NCBI GenBank assembly: GCA_023397655.1
Contig: JAEWTW010000057.1
Coordinates: forward strand, 50,842-114,841
Length of the DNA: 64,000 bases
Origin: Bacillota bacterium
GTDB taxonomy: Bacteria; Bacillota; Clostridia; Christensenellales; SZUA-584
Reading direction: 5' to 3'
Shown: positions 11,046 through 20,492 of the stretch, in pieces
Position numbering within the stretch: position 1 is the stretch's first letter
How the letters are laid out: every line of letters begins with the position of its first letter
Translations under genes and position numbers: made by a program
Notes under the pieces: generated by a model
Seen by the model: the letters and a program-made list of their open reading frames with translations, nothing else
The model's database searches: none
What the model was told of the DNA's origin: nothing

Positions 11046-11894
11046 TTAATCGGCCTTGATGTACTTGTCGAGAATCGCCTGAACTTCGCCTGATGCAATG
11101 AGTTCCTGCAGCGCAGCATCCACTTTTTCAAGCAGTTCGGTGTTGTCCTTGCCGATGCAGATGGCGTACTCTTCAGTGATATATTCGGTTTCAAGAATCT
11201 TCAGACCGGCGTTCTGCTCAACGAAAACCTTGGCAGGCTCGCTGTCGATAACAACCGCGTTGATCTTGCCCTGCACCAGCGCCTGCACCGCGTCAGCACC
11301 CTTGTTGTAACGCTCGATCTGAGCTTTGCCGGTATCAACAAGATCCCAAGTGATATAGAGGTCGCCTGTGGTGGAGAGCTGGACACCGATGGTCTTGCCT
11401 TCCAGATTATCAGCCGAGGCGATGTCCGAATCCTCGGGAACGATGATGACCTGTTTGCCGGTTGCATAAGATGTGGTGAAGTTCACGGCCTGTTTGCGCT
11501 CGTCTGTCACCGTCATGCCGGCCATACCCATGTCCACCTTGCCGCTCTGAACAGCGGAGATGATCGAATCGAATTCCATGTCTTCGATTTTCAGCGTCAT
11601 GCCCAGCTTCTCAGCGATCAGTCCTGCGACCTCAGCGTCAATACCGATTATGTTCTCACCTTCGTAGAACTCGTACGGCGGGAACTGCGCGTTGGTGGCC
11701 ATAACAAGCTCTTCTGCTGCCGGTTCTTCAACAACGGGCTCTTCAGCAACGGGAGCTTCCGTTGCCGCCGGTTCTTCGGTAGCTGGGGCTTCTGTCACAG
11801 CGGATTCCTCCGGAGCCTTTTGTCCGCAAGCACCAAATGCAAAGACCACGCCCAAAACGAGCACGAGGGCGATGATGATTCTCAGTGTTTTCAT
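11046..11894 (-). CDS. Amino-acid ABC transporter substrate-binding lipoprotein
   Basis: Lipobox VFAFGAC, a Pro/Glu/Ala-rich linker, then an SBP type-3-like body (PPYEFY, GMAGMTVT). Confidence 0.9.
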   Translation of the reverse strand: MKTLRIIIALVLVLGVVFAFGACGQKAPEESAVTEAPATEEPAATEAPVAEEPVVEEPAAEELVMATNAQFPPYEFYEGENIIGIDAEVAGLIAEKLGMTLKIEDMEFDSIISAVQSGKVDMGMAGMTVTDERKQAVNFTTSYATGKQVIIVPEDSDIASADNLEGKTIGVQLSTTGDLYITWDLVDTGKAQIERYNKGADAVQALVQGKINAVVIDSEPAKVFVEQNAGLKILETEYITEEYAICIGKDNTELLEKVDAALQELIASGEVQAILDKYIKAD

Positions 11895-12012
11895 TCTTCA
11901 TATTCCTCCATAAGATTTTCTTGCCCTATTATAATATACGATGAATAAATATGCAATATCTATTCATTAAAAGTTATTAGTATGCATTAATGTTTTTGTA
12001 TTGCCGGTTTTA

Positions 12013-12414
12013 TCACGGATTAAGCTGTTCAAAAAGCGCCCGCGTGGCGTCCTCGGACTCCGCAGACAGGTAGTAGACCTCGCCGCCGCGGCTGAAACGG
12101 ATGAACACCGGCGCTTCCAGATCGACATATAGGCGCGCTTTCGTGCCGCCCGCCAGCGTGTACTGCCCCTTTTGCATGGAGCCGATACCCGCACCGTTAT
12201 CCTTGTTTTCAATCTGCGGCACGTCCGTCGTCAGCTCAAGGTTCTCGATTTCACTGAGCGGTACGGTGACGCCGAACGAACAGGAGATGACGAGCGCATC
12301 GTCCTCCACGGCAAACTGCGCGTCCTTGCTGTCCGTTGTCATCATCAGCGCCACCACCACGGCAACTACCGCCACGATGATGCCTGCTGCAATGTAAGCC
12401 CACTTGTTCTTCAT
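12013..12414 (-). CDS. Small membrane-anchored protein, possibly with a bacterial PH-like domain
   Basis: ATG 12414 (MKNKWAYIAAGIIVAVVAVVVALMM) follows CAGGAGGG. It has a single N-terminal TM. The function is tentative. Confidence 0.5.
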   Translation of the reverse strand: MKNKWAYIAAGIIVAVVAVVVALMMTTDSKDAQFAVEDDALVISCSFGVTVPLSEIENLELTTDVPQIENKDNGAGIGSMQKGQYTLAGGTKARLYVDLEAPVFIRFSRGGEVYYLSAESEDATRALFEQLNP

Positions 12415-12473
12415 ATTGCCCTCCTGAAAGTAAATCGTATTTATAATCTCAATTTGCGGTTGTTTGCTGAAAC

Positions 12474-13064
12474 TTATAGCTTTGTCTGCTGCTTGGTTCT
12501 GAGCAGTTTCTCCTTGTTCGGGCGGGTGTCGTCCAGCAAGAAATCCGCCCACTCAAGCTCCATCCTATCGGTGTTGTCCTGCCAGTACAGCAGGCGCTCA
12601 CGGTATTGGGCGATACGCTCGCTGACCGGGGCAGCGAAGTGATCCTTCCCATGGCTCAGCACCATGGCCGTCAGCTCATAGAACGGCAGCCCCAGCGCGT
12701 GCGTTTCCACATGCACGGTTGCCCCGGCGTGACCGATGGCGTGGCATAAGGCGCCGTAAACGCTGTCCCCGATGCTTTTGGCGGCGGCGTGCGCATCCAG
12801 TATGGCCCGTTTCGCTGCGGGCATTTTGATGTGCCCCCGCGCCCATGCTTCGGACATCTTCAGGCAGGTGGCAGGGCGTCGCTCGTCGGGGTATTTCGTT
12901 TCAAGCTGCCGCAGAGGATTCTTCGCGCAGTCCAGCGCCCACATCACGAGCGTACGGTGGTTTTGCATCTGAATCAAGTCGGCCAGCTGCTGCAGACACC
13001 GGCTGTCGCGGGAAAACAGAATACGGTTCTTCCTGTTCAGTTTCATTTCCACATCCTCAAACAT
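12474..13064 (-). CDS. Imm5-like putative immunity protein (helical repeat), orphan
   Basis: The pattern LVMWALDCAKNPL...RP...AWARGHIKMPAAKRAILDAHAAAKSIGDSVYGALCHAIGHAGATVHVETHA resembles the Imm5-like family from memory. No toxin gene is adjacent. Confidence 0.45.
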   Translation of the reverse strand: MFEDVEMKLNRKNRILFSRDSRCLQQLADLIQMQNHRTLVMWALDCAKNPLRQLETKYPDERRPATCLKMSEAWARGHIKMPAAKRAILDAHAAAKSIGDSVYGALCHAIGHAGATVHVETHALGLPFYELTAMVLSHGKDHFAAPVSERIAQYRERLLYWQDNTDRMELEWADFLLDDTRPNKEKLLRTKQQTKL

Positions 13065-13281
13065 CAGCGCACCTCTGCCGAAATTATACCTTTTCTTGCC
13101 CGCTGCCGCAACAATTCCCAGGCGTTATGACTCATATATATGTTCAGGTATGGAACAAAACACCCGCAAAAGGAGTCAGGAGAAGTGGCAGAGAATGTAT
13201 ACAGAACGGACTGAAATGTGCCGATAAACTCTATTGACGGAAGCGCGGCTTCCGGCGACACACGCATCAGGAGACGGCTTT

Positions 13282-14571
13282 ATGGATGAAAAGGTGAACA
13301 CGTTATATCAGTTGGGCGTAAGCCTGTATGAGGCGCAGGAATATGAGCCCGCGGCTTTGTGTTTTAAAGAAGCGGCGGAGCTGTTCCATCCCGCGGCGCA
13401 ATACTGGTACGCGCGCTGCCTCGAGTGGGGGCTGGGCGTGACGGCAGATGCAGACGACGCGTTTGCATGGTATGAGCGGGCGGCGCAGCTGGGTAACCCG
13501 CAGGCGCAGTGCCGTTTGGGCGACGCCAGCCGGGACGGCGAGCGCGGCGAGCCGGACGTGAAAGCGGCATTCGGCTGGTATCTGCAGGCGGCGGAGCAGG
13601 GGTATGCCCCGGCAATGGAATACGCGGGGACCGGCCTGTTTTTCGGCATCGGCACAGACAAGGATATGGCGCAGGCGGTAAGGTGGTACGAAAAAGCGGC
13701 TGAAGCGGGCGACGCTCGGGCGCAGTACAATCTCGCGCTATGCTTCAAATACGGAGACGGCACGGACAAGGACGACAAAGCTGCGTTCGCGTGGGCCAGG
13801 AAGGCATCAGAGCAGGCGTATCCGGACGCGCTCAACGAGCTGGGGTTGATGTATTATTATGGAGCCGGCACGGACCAGGACATAACCGAAGCGGCGGAGT
13901 TCTTCCGGCTGTCGGCGATGGGCGGCCATGCGGCAGGCCAGAACAACTACGGCCAGCGTCTGTATTTCGGGCAGGGCGTGAAGCAGGATATGGAAGCGGC
14001 GGCGGACTGGCTGGAGAAGTCCGCTCTGCAGGGGTATGCGGATGCGCAGGTAAACCTCGGCATGTGCTATTACCACGGTAATGGGCGTGCGCAGGACGGC
14101 GCGAAGGCGCTTTACTGGATTGAGTTGGCGGTGGATCAGGGCAGTCCGGCAGGCATCAACGCGCTGGCGCTGCTTTACTTTAACGGCGTCGGTGTACAGC
14201 AGGACTACGGACAGGCCGCCTCGCTGTCTCAGCTGGCCGCGCACAAGGGCAACCCAGAAGCGATGCACCGCCTCGGCGTCTGCTACGCCAACGGACTGGG
14301 CGTGGAGGCGGATCAGGTGGCGGCATACAGATGGTTTGAAGCTGCCGCCGCAAAAGGGCACGCACTGTCAATGACGGTAGCGGGCAGCATGCTGCTGGAC
14401 GGCACCGGCACAGACAAGGACGAAGAGGCGGGCGCGGCGTGGCTGAAGCAAGCCGCGGACAGCGGCGAAAAAGGCGGCATGGCGCGGCTGGCGGACTGCT
14501 TGGAGCAGGGCATCGGCGTCGAAAAGGATGCGGAAGCGGCAGCGGTGTGGCGCGCGAAGGCGTCGGAATAA
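13282..14571 (+). CDS. Sel1-repeat (TPR-like) protein, about 11 repeats, no signal peptide
   Basis: ATG 13282 (MDEKVNTLYQLG) follows CAGGAGA. There are many A..WY.KAAEQG...AQ..LG.CY..G.GV..D units. Confidence 0.85.
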   Translation: MDEKVNTLYQLGVSLYEAQEYEPAALCFKEAAELFHPAAQYWYARCLEWGLGVTADADDAFAWYERAAQLGNPQAQCRLGDASRDGERGEPDVKAAFGWYLQAAEQGYAPAMEYAGTGLFFGIGTDKDMAQAVRWYEKAAEAGDARAQYNLALCFKYGDGTDKDDKAAFAWARKASEQAYPDALNELGLMYYYGAGTDQDITEAAEFFRLSAMGGHAAGQNNYGQRLYFGQGVKQDMEAAADWLEKSALQGYADAQVNLGMCYYHGNGRAQDGAKALYWIELAVDQGSPAGINALALLYFNGVGVQQDYGQAASLSQLAAHKGNPEAMHRLGVCYANGLGVEADQVAAYRWFEAAAAKGHALSMTVAGSMLLDGTGTDKDEEAGAAWLKQAADSGEKGGMARLADCLEQGIGVEKDAEAAAVWRAKASE

Positions 14572-14704
14572 GGATATAGGCAGTTTAACCGTTCCGGATG
14601 GGGCGGTTTTTAATGGAAGACAAGGGAATACAGATAATGATGCAGAAATATTAAACATAAACATCAGCGGAGTCCATGCGCAACTTATGCAACATGGAGG
14701 ACTT

Positions 14705-15124
14705 ATGATCAAACATGAGTATGATAAAAAATCCGTCTGGAATATGGGCGAAATCAGACGGCGTGGCCGAAATGGCGCTCTGATTTTCATTAAAAGAATG
14801 ATTCTTGGACTGATACGTAAAAAGAGTTATGTGTTGACTTGTGATAAAGAAGTTATCTATCACCAGCATAGATTGTCTCTTTTAAAGCATAATTCCCCCA
14901 GTTTTGCGGTCTATTATATCCGAATTTTACAGTCGCTGGACCAACGGATGGATAACGGGTATGTCATTCACGGGGAAATTGATACAGAGTTTTTATATGA
15001 CGATCATGAGTCTATTTATGGAAGGAATATTGTCAATCGCATTGTGATCCCGCCTTGCTTTGTCGATATGAATGGAATAGGTCAGGCGCTAAAAAGCTTG
15101 TGCATAAATAGTAGTAAAACTTGA
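14705..15124 (+). CDS. Hypothetical protein in an AT-rich islet
   Basis: ATG 14705 follows GGAGGA, in frame with ORF 14528-15124. No motif recognised. The composition differs sharply from both neighbours. Confidence 0.4.
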   Translation: MIKHEYDKKSVWNMGEIRRRGRNGALIFIKRMILGLIRKKSYVLTCDKEVIYHQHRLSLLKHNSPSFAVYYIRILQSLDQRMDNGYVIHGEIDTEFLYDDHESIYGRNIVNRIVIPPCFVDMNGIGQALKSLCINSSKT

Positions 15125-15147
15125 ACAGGCCATAAAGGAGATCAAAA

Positions 15148-16323
15148 ATGGATCAAAGGGAGTACCGCGAGCGGATGGAGCGCCTGCAAAGCGCGGTGAA
15201 GCAGAGCGGCGCGGACGTGTATGTGGTGACGGGGCAGGAGAGCATCTACTACCTGACGGGCGCGTCGTACAAGCCGATGGAGCGGCCGTTCTTCATACTG
15301 GTGTGGCCGGAGCGTGCGGCGCTGCTTGTGCCCAAGCTGGAGCAGGCGCACATGAGCAAGGCCAAGGGCTTCGAGGAGGTGGAGGCGTACTGGGAATATC
15401 CGTCCCGCAAGGGCGAGGGATACATGGATAAGCTGACTGCGCTGCTGGCGGACGCGAGGACGGTGGGCGTCGAGCCGTCGTGCCGCGCCGAGATCGCGGA
15501 GCACCTTGCGGTCAAAACGGTGCGCGTGCTGCCGCTGGTGGAAACGCTGCGGATGGTCAAGTCTCCCTCAGAGGTAGCAGCGGTAAGAGAGGCAGCAAAG
15601 CTGGCCGATGAGGGCATCGGCATGATGCGTGCCGCAGCCTACACCGGCGTCACGCCGCTGGAGGAGTTTTCCGTCGCGCGCAAGCTGCAGACCAAGGTCA
15701 TCATGACGGGCGAATACGAGCCGCTGGAGAGCGAATTTCTCACGGCGTTCTGGCCTGCGCCTCACAGCGCGCAGCCGCACGGCATACCGCCGCTGGGTGC
15801 GCGCCTTTCCAAGGGTCCCGCGCAGATGATGTGCTTCCTGCGCGTGAACGGCTATGCGGCGGAGTGCGAGCGTACGGTGTTCGCCTGCTCGCCGACCAAG
15901 GACGAGACGGAGCTGTTTGCGCACATGCTGGCGGCACGGGAGGCGGCGTTTGCCGCGGTGCGCCCCGGCGCTCGCGCGGAGGACGCGGACTTGGCGGCGC
16001 GGGAATACTTCGCGAAGCATGGGCTGGAACAGTACATGCTGCACCGTGCGGGGCACGGCATCGGCATGGGCAACCACGAGGGGCCGTGGCTCAGCGAAGG
16101 GTCTGAACACGTCCTGGCTGAAAACATGATCGTGAGCATCGAGCCGGGGCTGTACGTGCCGGATGTCGGCGGCTTCCGTCATTCGGACACCGTGCTGGTG
16201 ACGAAGGACGGTTACGAGCGGTTGACCACACATCCTACAGCGCTGGCGGACGTGATGATACGCGGCACTAAGATCGGCAAGCGGCTCAAGGGTGCGCTGG
16301 TGAAGCGGATGGCGAGGGTATAG
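15148..16323 (+). CDS. M24 family Xaa-Pro aminopeptidase/dipeptidase
   Basis: HRAGHGIGMGNHEGPWL, SIEPGLY, and a creatinase-like N-domain. RBS AAAGGAG. Confidence 0.9.
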   Translation: MDQREYRERMERLQSAVKQSGADVYVVTGQESIYYLTGASYKPMERPFFILVWPERAALLVPKLEQAHMSKAKGFEEVEAYWEYPSRKGEGYMDKLTALLADARTVGVEPSCRAEIAEHLAVKTVRVLPLVETLRMVKSPSEVAAVREAAKLADEGIGMMRAAAYTGVTPLEEFSVARKLQTKVIMTGEYEPLESEFLTAFWPAPHSAQPHGIPPLGARLSKGPAQMMCFLRVNGYAAECERTVFACSPTKDETELFAHMLAAREAAFAAVRPGARAEDADLAAREYFAKHGLEQYMLHRAGHGIGMGNHEGPWLSEGSEHVLAENMIVSIEPGLYVPDVGGFRHSDTVLVTKDGYERLTTHPTALADVMIRGTKIGKRLKGALVKRMARV

Positions 16324-16442
16324 AAGCTGTTACGCAAGACGCAATGGAAGTTACCTGTGCGTCCTGGTATTCTATTCCTCAGATGTTTGTGGTATGTTAT
16401 ATATAAGGCATATACATTTTGTAAGATAAAGGGAGGGTATTC

Positions 16443-17162
16443 ATGCGAGACCGGGCACAGATCAAGGAGCTGGCTAAATTCCAGTTCAGACAGCGGTATG
16501 GAATGTCGGTCGGGGCGGCTTTTCTATTTGGGCTTTTAGCAGAAAGTGTGGGGTATTATAATAACTCTGGGTTTCGATACAACATTGAATTTGAACCATG
16601 GATGATAACCCTGATAGGTATTCTATTGGTTTTTATTTCGATAATGTTTGTTGTGTATATTTTGGTCGGCGCGCCATTACAGGTGGGGTATGCGCACTTC
16701 TGCCGCTGTATTTACAACAACTGGTCAACGAGTGTCGGCGATATGTTCAAACGCACTTTCGCGGATTATGGACGGCATCTGGGCGGTATGCTCTGGAGGG
16801 ATCTGTTCATCTGGCTGTGGTCGCTGCTGTTCATTATTCCCGGCATCGTTAAGTCGTACGCGTATTTTGCCGCCCCTTATATACTGGCGGAGTTCCCCGT
16901 GGTCCGCGCCACAGATGCCATCAAGATATCCATGCGCATGACGAACGGCTACAAGGGGGAACTTTTCGTCCTCGATCTCAGCTTTATCGGATGGAACCTT
17001 TTATCCGCGCTGACATTGGGGCTGCTGGGCCTGCTCTATGTCAATCCATACTATCATACCAGCCGGGCGGGCTTTTACGAGGAACTCAAGATGAACGCGC
17101 TCAATACCGGCGCGGTGAGCTATTATGAGCTGGTGGGATATCCGCAGCAGGCAAGCGGCTGA
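16443..17162 (+). CDS. DUF975 family integral membrane protein
   Basis: N-terminal IKELAKFQFRQRYG followed by multiple TM helices, typical of DUF975. RBS AGGGAGGG. Confidence 0.7.
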   Translation: MRDRAQIKELAKFQFRQRYGMSVGAAFLFGLLAESVGYYNNSGFRYNIEFEPWMITLIGILLVFISIMFVVYILVGAPLQVGYAHFCRCIYNNWSTSVGDMFKRTFADYGRHLGGMLWRDLFIWLWSLLFIIPGIVKSYAYFAAPYILAEFPVVRATDAIKISMRMTNGYKGELFVLDLSFIGWNLLSALTLGLLGLLYVNPYYHTSRAGFYEELKMNALNTGAVSYYELVGYPQQASG

Positions 17163-17354
17163 AGGGTGCGCTGGTGAAGCGGATGGCGCGGGTGTGATGG
17201 GTGAGGAATACCATCACACAGTATACGCCGGATAGATCAATAGCTGCCTTGTTGACATTATCTTCTTGCCCGGCTTTGGCAAGAATAATTTACTGGTGAT
17301 TCTAACCACCCATCCCTGTATAGTTAAGCGAACTATCAGTGAAAGGATTTTATA

Positions 17355-18461
17355 ATGGCGAACAGGAATGGAACAAGAATAAAGAAGATGGTCCATTTGG
17401 GCCTACTGGCTTTGCTATTGATCTCAATATTTATCCCCACGAACGTCTTTGCGGGGGATGAGCTGAAAAATACCGACCCGGAAAAATACTACATCGTGTT
17501 AGATCTCAATAACCAATATATCACTGTATATGAGAAGGATCAGAACGGAGAGTATGAAAAGATTGTCCGGCGGTTTCTTTGCTCCAGCGGACAATCCGGT
17601 ACGGGCAAAGTCGATCCAGTGACAGGTGAAAAGGATATTGGTATGCCGACTCCGACCGGAATTTGGCGGATGGGCGGGCGCGAAAGGTTTGGAAAGTTTG
17701 CTGATTTTGGCGGTGTGTATGGCCGCTACTGGACGCAGATTGTTGGAGATAATTACTTCCATTCCATTATGTTTGGTAAGCGTGACGTCAATACAATGGA
17801 AAGAACCGCGTTTAACAATATGGGATCGAAACAGTCACACGGTTGTGTGCGCCTGTATGTCGAGGATGCGAAATGGCTGTATTATTATGCCTGCCCCGGC
17901 ACGTTAATTGAAGTCACGAACAGGGTTAAAGTGACCAGTGAAACAAAGGCCATCAACAGAACGCTCAAAATATCAGGGTTCAAAGAATATAACGCATTTC
18001 AGAAAAACATATTTGATATGCCTGAATTACCCAATAAGAAGGCATGGGTTGTTGTTGATAAAGCGGCTGTCAAAAGAGGCTCGGCTTCCAAATTCGGTAC
18101 TGTAACAACCTTAAAAAAAGATGATGAAGTCGAAGTGCTGATCGAAAGCGACCCCTGGGTGAAGGTCAAGGCGAAAGGTAAGGAAGGGTATATCAAGCTT
18201 GCGCATATTACATACGAACAGGGCGTCATCCACTCCAAAGAGGATGCCGATATAGTATCGCCAGAAACAAAATGGCTGCTTGATAAAGCGCTTGAAAAAG
18301 GTGATAAAGAAGTTGACCATCGGATTTTAAAAGTGCCTTTTGACTCATCGGTTAAGGTGCTTGAGGTATCCGGTGAGTGGACAAAAATTGATTATTTCGG
18401 CCATGAGGGTTGGCTCAGGAGCAAATCCCTCAAGAAGGGCTGGGGAACGATCAGAGAATAA
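17355..18461 (+). CDS. L,D-transpeptidase (YkuD domain) with two C-terminal SH3b-like domains
   Basis: Catalytic SHGCVRL motif, a signal/TM segment LGLLALLLISIFIPTNVFA, and SH3b-like WVKVKAKGKEGYI and WTKIDYFGHEGWL. Confidence 0.9.
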   Translation: MANRNGTRIKKMVHLGLLALLLISIFIPTNVFAGDELKNTDPEKYYIVLDLNNQYITVYEKDQNGEYEKIVRRFLCSSGQSGTGKVDPVTGEKDIGMPTPTGIWRMGGRERFGKFADFGGVYGRYWTQIVGDNYFHSIMFGKRDVNTMERTAFNNMGSKQSHGCVRLYVEDAKWLYYYACPGTLIEVTNRVKVTSETKAINRTLKISGFKEYNAFQKNIFDMPELPNKKAWVVVDKAAVKRGSASKFGTVTTLKKDDEVEVLIESDPWVKVKAKGKEGYIKLAHITYEQGVIHSKEDADIVSPETKWLLDKALEKGDKEVDHRILKVPFDSSVKVLEVSGEWTKIDYFGHEGWLRSKSLKKGWGTIRE

Positions 18462-18563
18462 ATATGCCAAGCGGTGCCTGGTATATGTGCTGGGCAACAG
18501 ATGAAGCTGAGAATTAAAAGCGCTGGAAAGAATCGAAAAGCTTGCATATGCAGGCTCTTTTGA

Positions 18564-19718
18564 TTATATGGGAATGGAACGGAAAACAGTGGTCCTGACG
18601 GATTCCGAAGTGCTGACGAAACGCTGTTTCCCACTGTTTTTGGCTATATAAAGGAATTCGTCCGTCTGGCGGACCAATTCGTTCAGGGATTCGCCGCAAT
18701 ACTGGCTGACGCCGCCGCTCACTGTCACGCGGGGCTTGGAGATGGCGCCGGATAACGCGGTCTGTATGCTCTCGGCCAGCGTGAGAGCCTCGTCCAGCCC
18801 GGTGCCGGGCAGTATGATGAGGAACTCCTCGCCGCCATAGCGCCCGACAAACCCTTTGTCTTTCACCATGCTTTTGAACACGGCAGCCACGAGCGAGATC
18901 ACATCGTCTCCGAACTGGTGGCCATAGGTGTCGTTGATGGATTTAAAGTCGTCAATGTCCGTCATGATGAGGCTAAGGGAATGACCTTCAGCCTGTGCCC
19001 GGCTGATTTCCTGCTTCAGCAAATGAAGAGACGCGGCATGATGATAAAGCCCGGTCATTGCGTCACGCTGCGTCAAGTCTTCCAGCATACGGTTTTGCTC
19101 ACGAAGCCTTTTGCGGTTGAGAAATACGGAAGCTCTCGACTTGAGTGCAAGCTGGCTGAATATCCAGGCGAAGAGATTGAAGATGGCCGTGTTGACGCGC
19201 ATTGAAGACAGCATTTCCGGTTTTGCCTCCGCAACCGGCAGCAGCAGCGCAAACGCCGCATAGACCGCGCCGTATAACAGCACCAGTGGTACGGGCCTAA
19301 TATAGAGGAACAGCGACACGGCAAAAACGCCGATCAGGTACACAGGCGTCATGTCTATTTCAGAGAGCACACCCAGTGCCTGGGCGGCTCCGAAGCAAAG
19401 CGCTATCGAAACATATGCATAAAACACTATCTTTGTGAACACACGGTTCAGGCTGCAGAAATTATTCTTAATGTGGCGTATCAACGGTATGAACACAAGG
19501 CTGATCAGTAAAAACGCAACCATGAAGTATATGTGCATGAGGTGTTTTTCAAACAGCAGGAGAATAAGCTCAATGAAAAACAGCGCAGGCGAAACGATTG
19601 AAAGGCGCACGAAATTTTCTTCAAGCATATCCCGCTTAAAATCATTCATAAGGTCGTCGGGGACACTGTATAGAAATAATTTCTTAGTCTTTGCCGCAAG
19701 TAAATTTAATCGTGTCAT
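18564..19718 (-). CDS. Membrane-bound diguanylate cyclase (multi-TM N-terminus plus GGDEF)
   Basis: RYGGEEFLIILPG active-site motif and DIDDFKSINDTYGH. ATG 19718 follows AGAGGA. Confidence 0.85.
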   Translation of the reverse strand: MTRLNLLAAKTKKLFLYSVPDDLMNDFKRDMLEENFVRLSIVSPALFFIELILLLFEKHLMHIYFMVAFLLISLVFIPLIRHIKNNFCSLNRVFTKIVFYAYVSIALCFGAAQALGVLSEIDMTPVYLIGVFAVSLFLYIRPVPLVLLYGAVYAAFALLLPVAEAKPEMLSSMRVNTAIFNLFAWIFSQLALKSRASVFLNRKRLREQNRMLEDLTQRDAMTGLYHHAASLHLLKQEISRAQAEGHSLSLIMTDIDDFKSINDTYGHQFGDDVISLVAAVFKSMVKDKGFVGRYGGEEFLIILPGTGLDEALTLAESIQTALSGAISKPRVTVSGGVSQYCGESLNELVRQTDEFLYIAKNSGKQRFVSTSESVRTTVFRSIPI

Positions 19719-19990
19719 TTGGCGATCCTCTAGAAGCAGGACTATAGAAACAAAGCCTCTTATCAATATATCGGCGATTCGTTATCAACACTTTATTTTT
19801 AGCATTAAAATTTAAGGGAAATGGAAGGGAAAATAAGCGCTTGAAGATAAATAAGAAGACAGGTCTGGTATGACTTGAGGACTCATCGGCTTTGGGGCAG
19901 GTGTGAAAACGGGAACGAAAAACAACAGCAGCTATGCACCCGGGAATGGATATTATACCGGCATCGGTTGCAGGAATATATTATGAAACG

Positions 19991-20395
19991 CTATTCAGCA
20001 GAACTGCGCAGGCAGGGGTCGTGCGGCTGACCTTGGCCGTTGCAGGCGTCTTCGTAGCACTTGATCTTCTTGTCCAGCTTGCAGAGATTGTGCTGAAGAT
20101 CCTCCATCTGCTGTGTAATCTGGCGGCGGTGTTCCAGCAGCATGGCCCGGCGCTGTTCGATTGTATCGTCGCCCTCGGCATACCAGTCGATGAACTGCCG
20201 GATCTGCTTAACCGGCATGCCGGTGCTTTTCAGGCAGCAGATCAGCGATATCATCTCAAGGTCGTGCTCGGTGAACATACGGATGCCGGAATCACTGCGG
20301 CCCACAAACGGCAGAAGGCCTTCGCGGTCATAATAGCGCAGCGTATACGGCGTCAGCTTGGTCATCCGGGATACCTGGGATATGGAATATGTCAT
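19991..20395 (-). CDS. MerR-family transcriptional regulator (AdhR/NmlR-like)
   Basis: MTYSISQVSRMTKLTPYTLRYYDREGLL HTH motif, a conserved Cys in LICCLKSTGM, and a coiled-coil C-terminus. It is divergent from the Fe-ADH gene. Confidence 0.85.
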   Translation of the reverse strand: MTYSISQVSRMTKLTPYTLRYYDREGLLPFVGRSDSGIRMFTEHDLEMISLICCLKSTGMPVKQIRQFIDWYAEGDDTIEQRRAMLLEHRRQITQQMEDLQHNLCKLDKKIKCYEDACNGQGQPHDPCLRSSAE

Positions 20396-20429
20396 CAAGA
20401 ACACCTCACAAGGAATAAATATTTTGGGG

Positions 20430-20460
20430 TTGACTTACACTTAACTCGAAGTATTAGTAT
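20430..20460 (+). promoter_or_regulatory. Candidate MerR-type promoter for the ADH gene (19-bp spacer)
   Basis: TTGACT (20430-20435), a 19-nt spacer containing the ACTT-N6-AAGT dyad, then TAGTAT (20455-20460). It lies about 33 nt upstream of the TTG start. The long spacer is typical of MerR-activated promoters. Confidence 0.4.
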
Positions 20461-20492
20461 GATTATACTACGATATTAAGGAGAATGCGACA

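Noticed and set aside
17263-17283. Perfect 7-bp stem hairpin TCTTGCC-N7-GGCAAGA between the DUF975 and L,D-transpeptidase genes
   Set aside because: There is no T-tract on either strand, so I do not call it a terminator. Its function is unknown.
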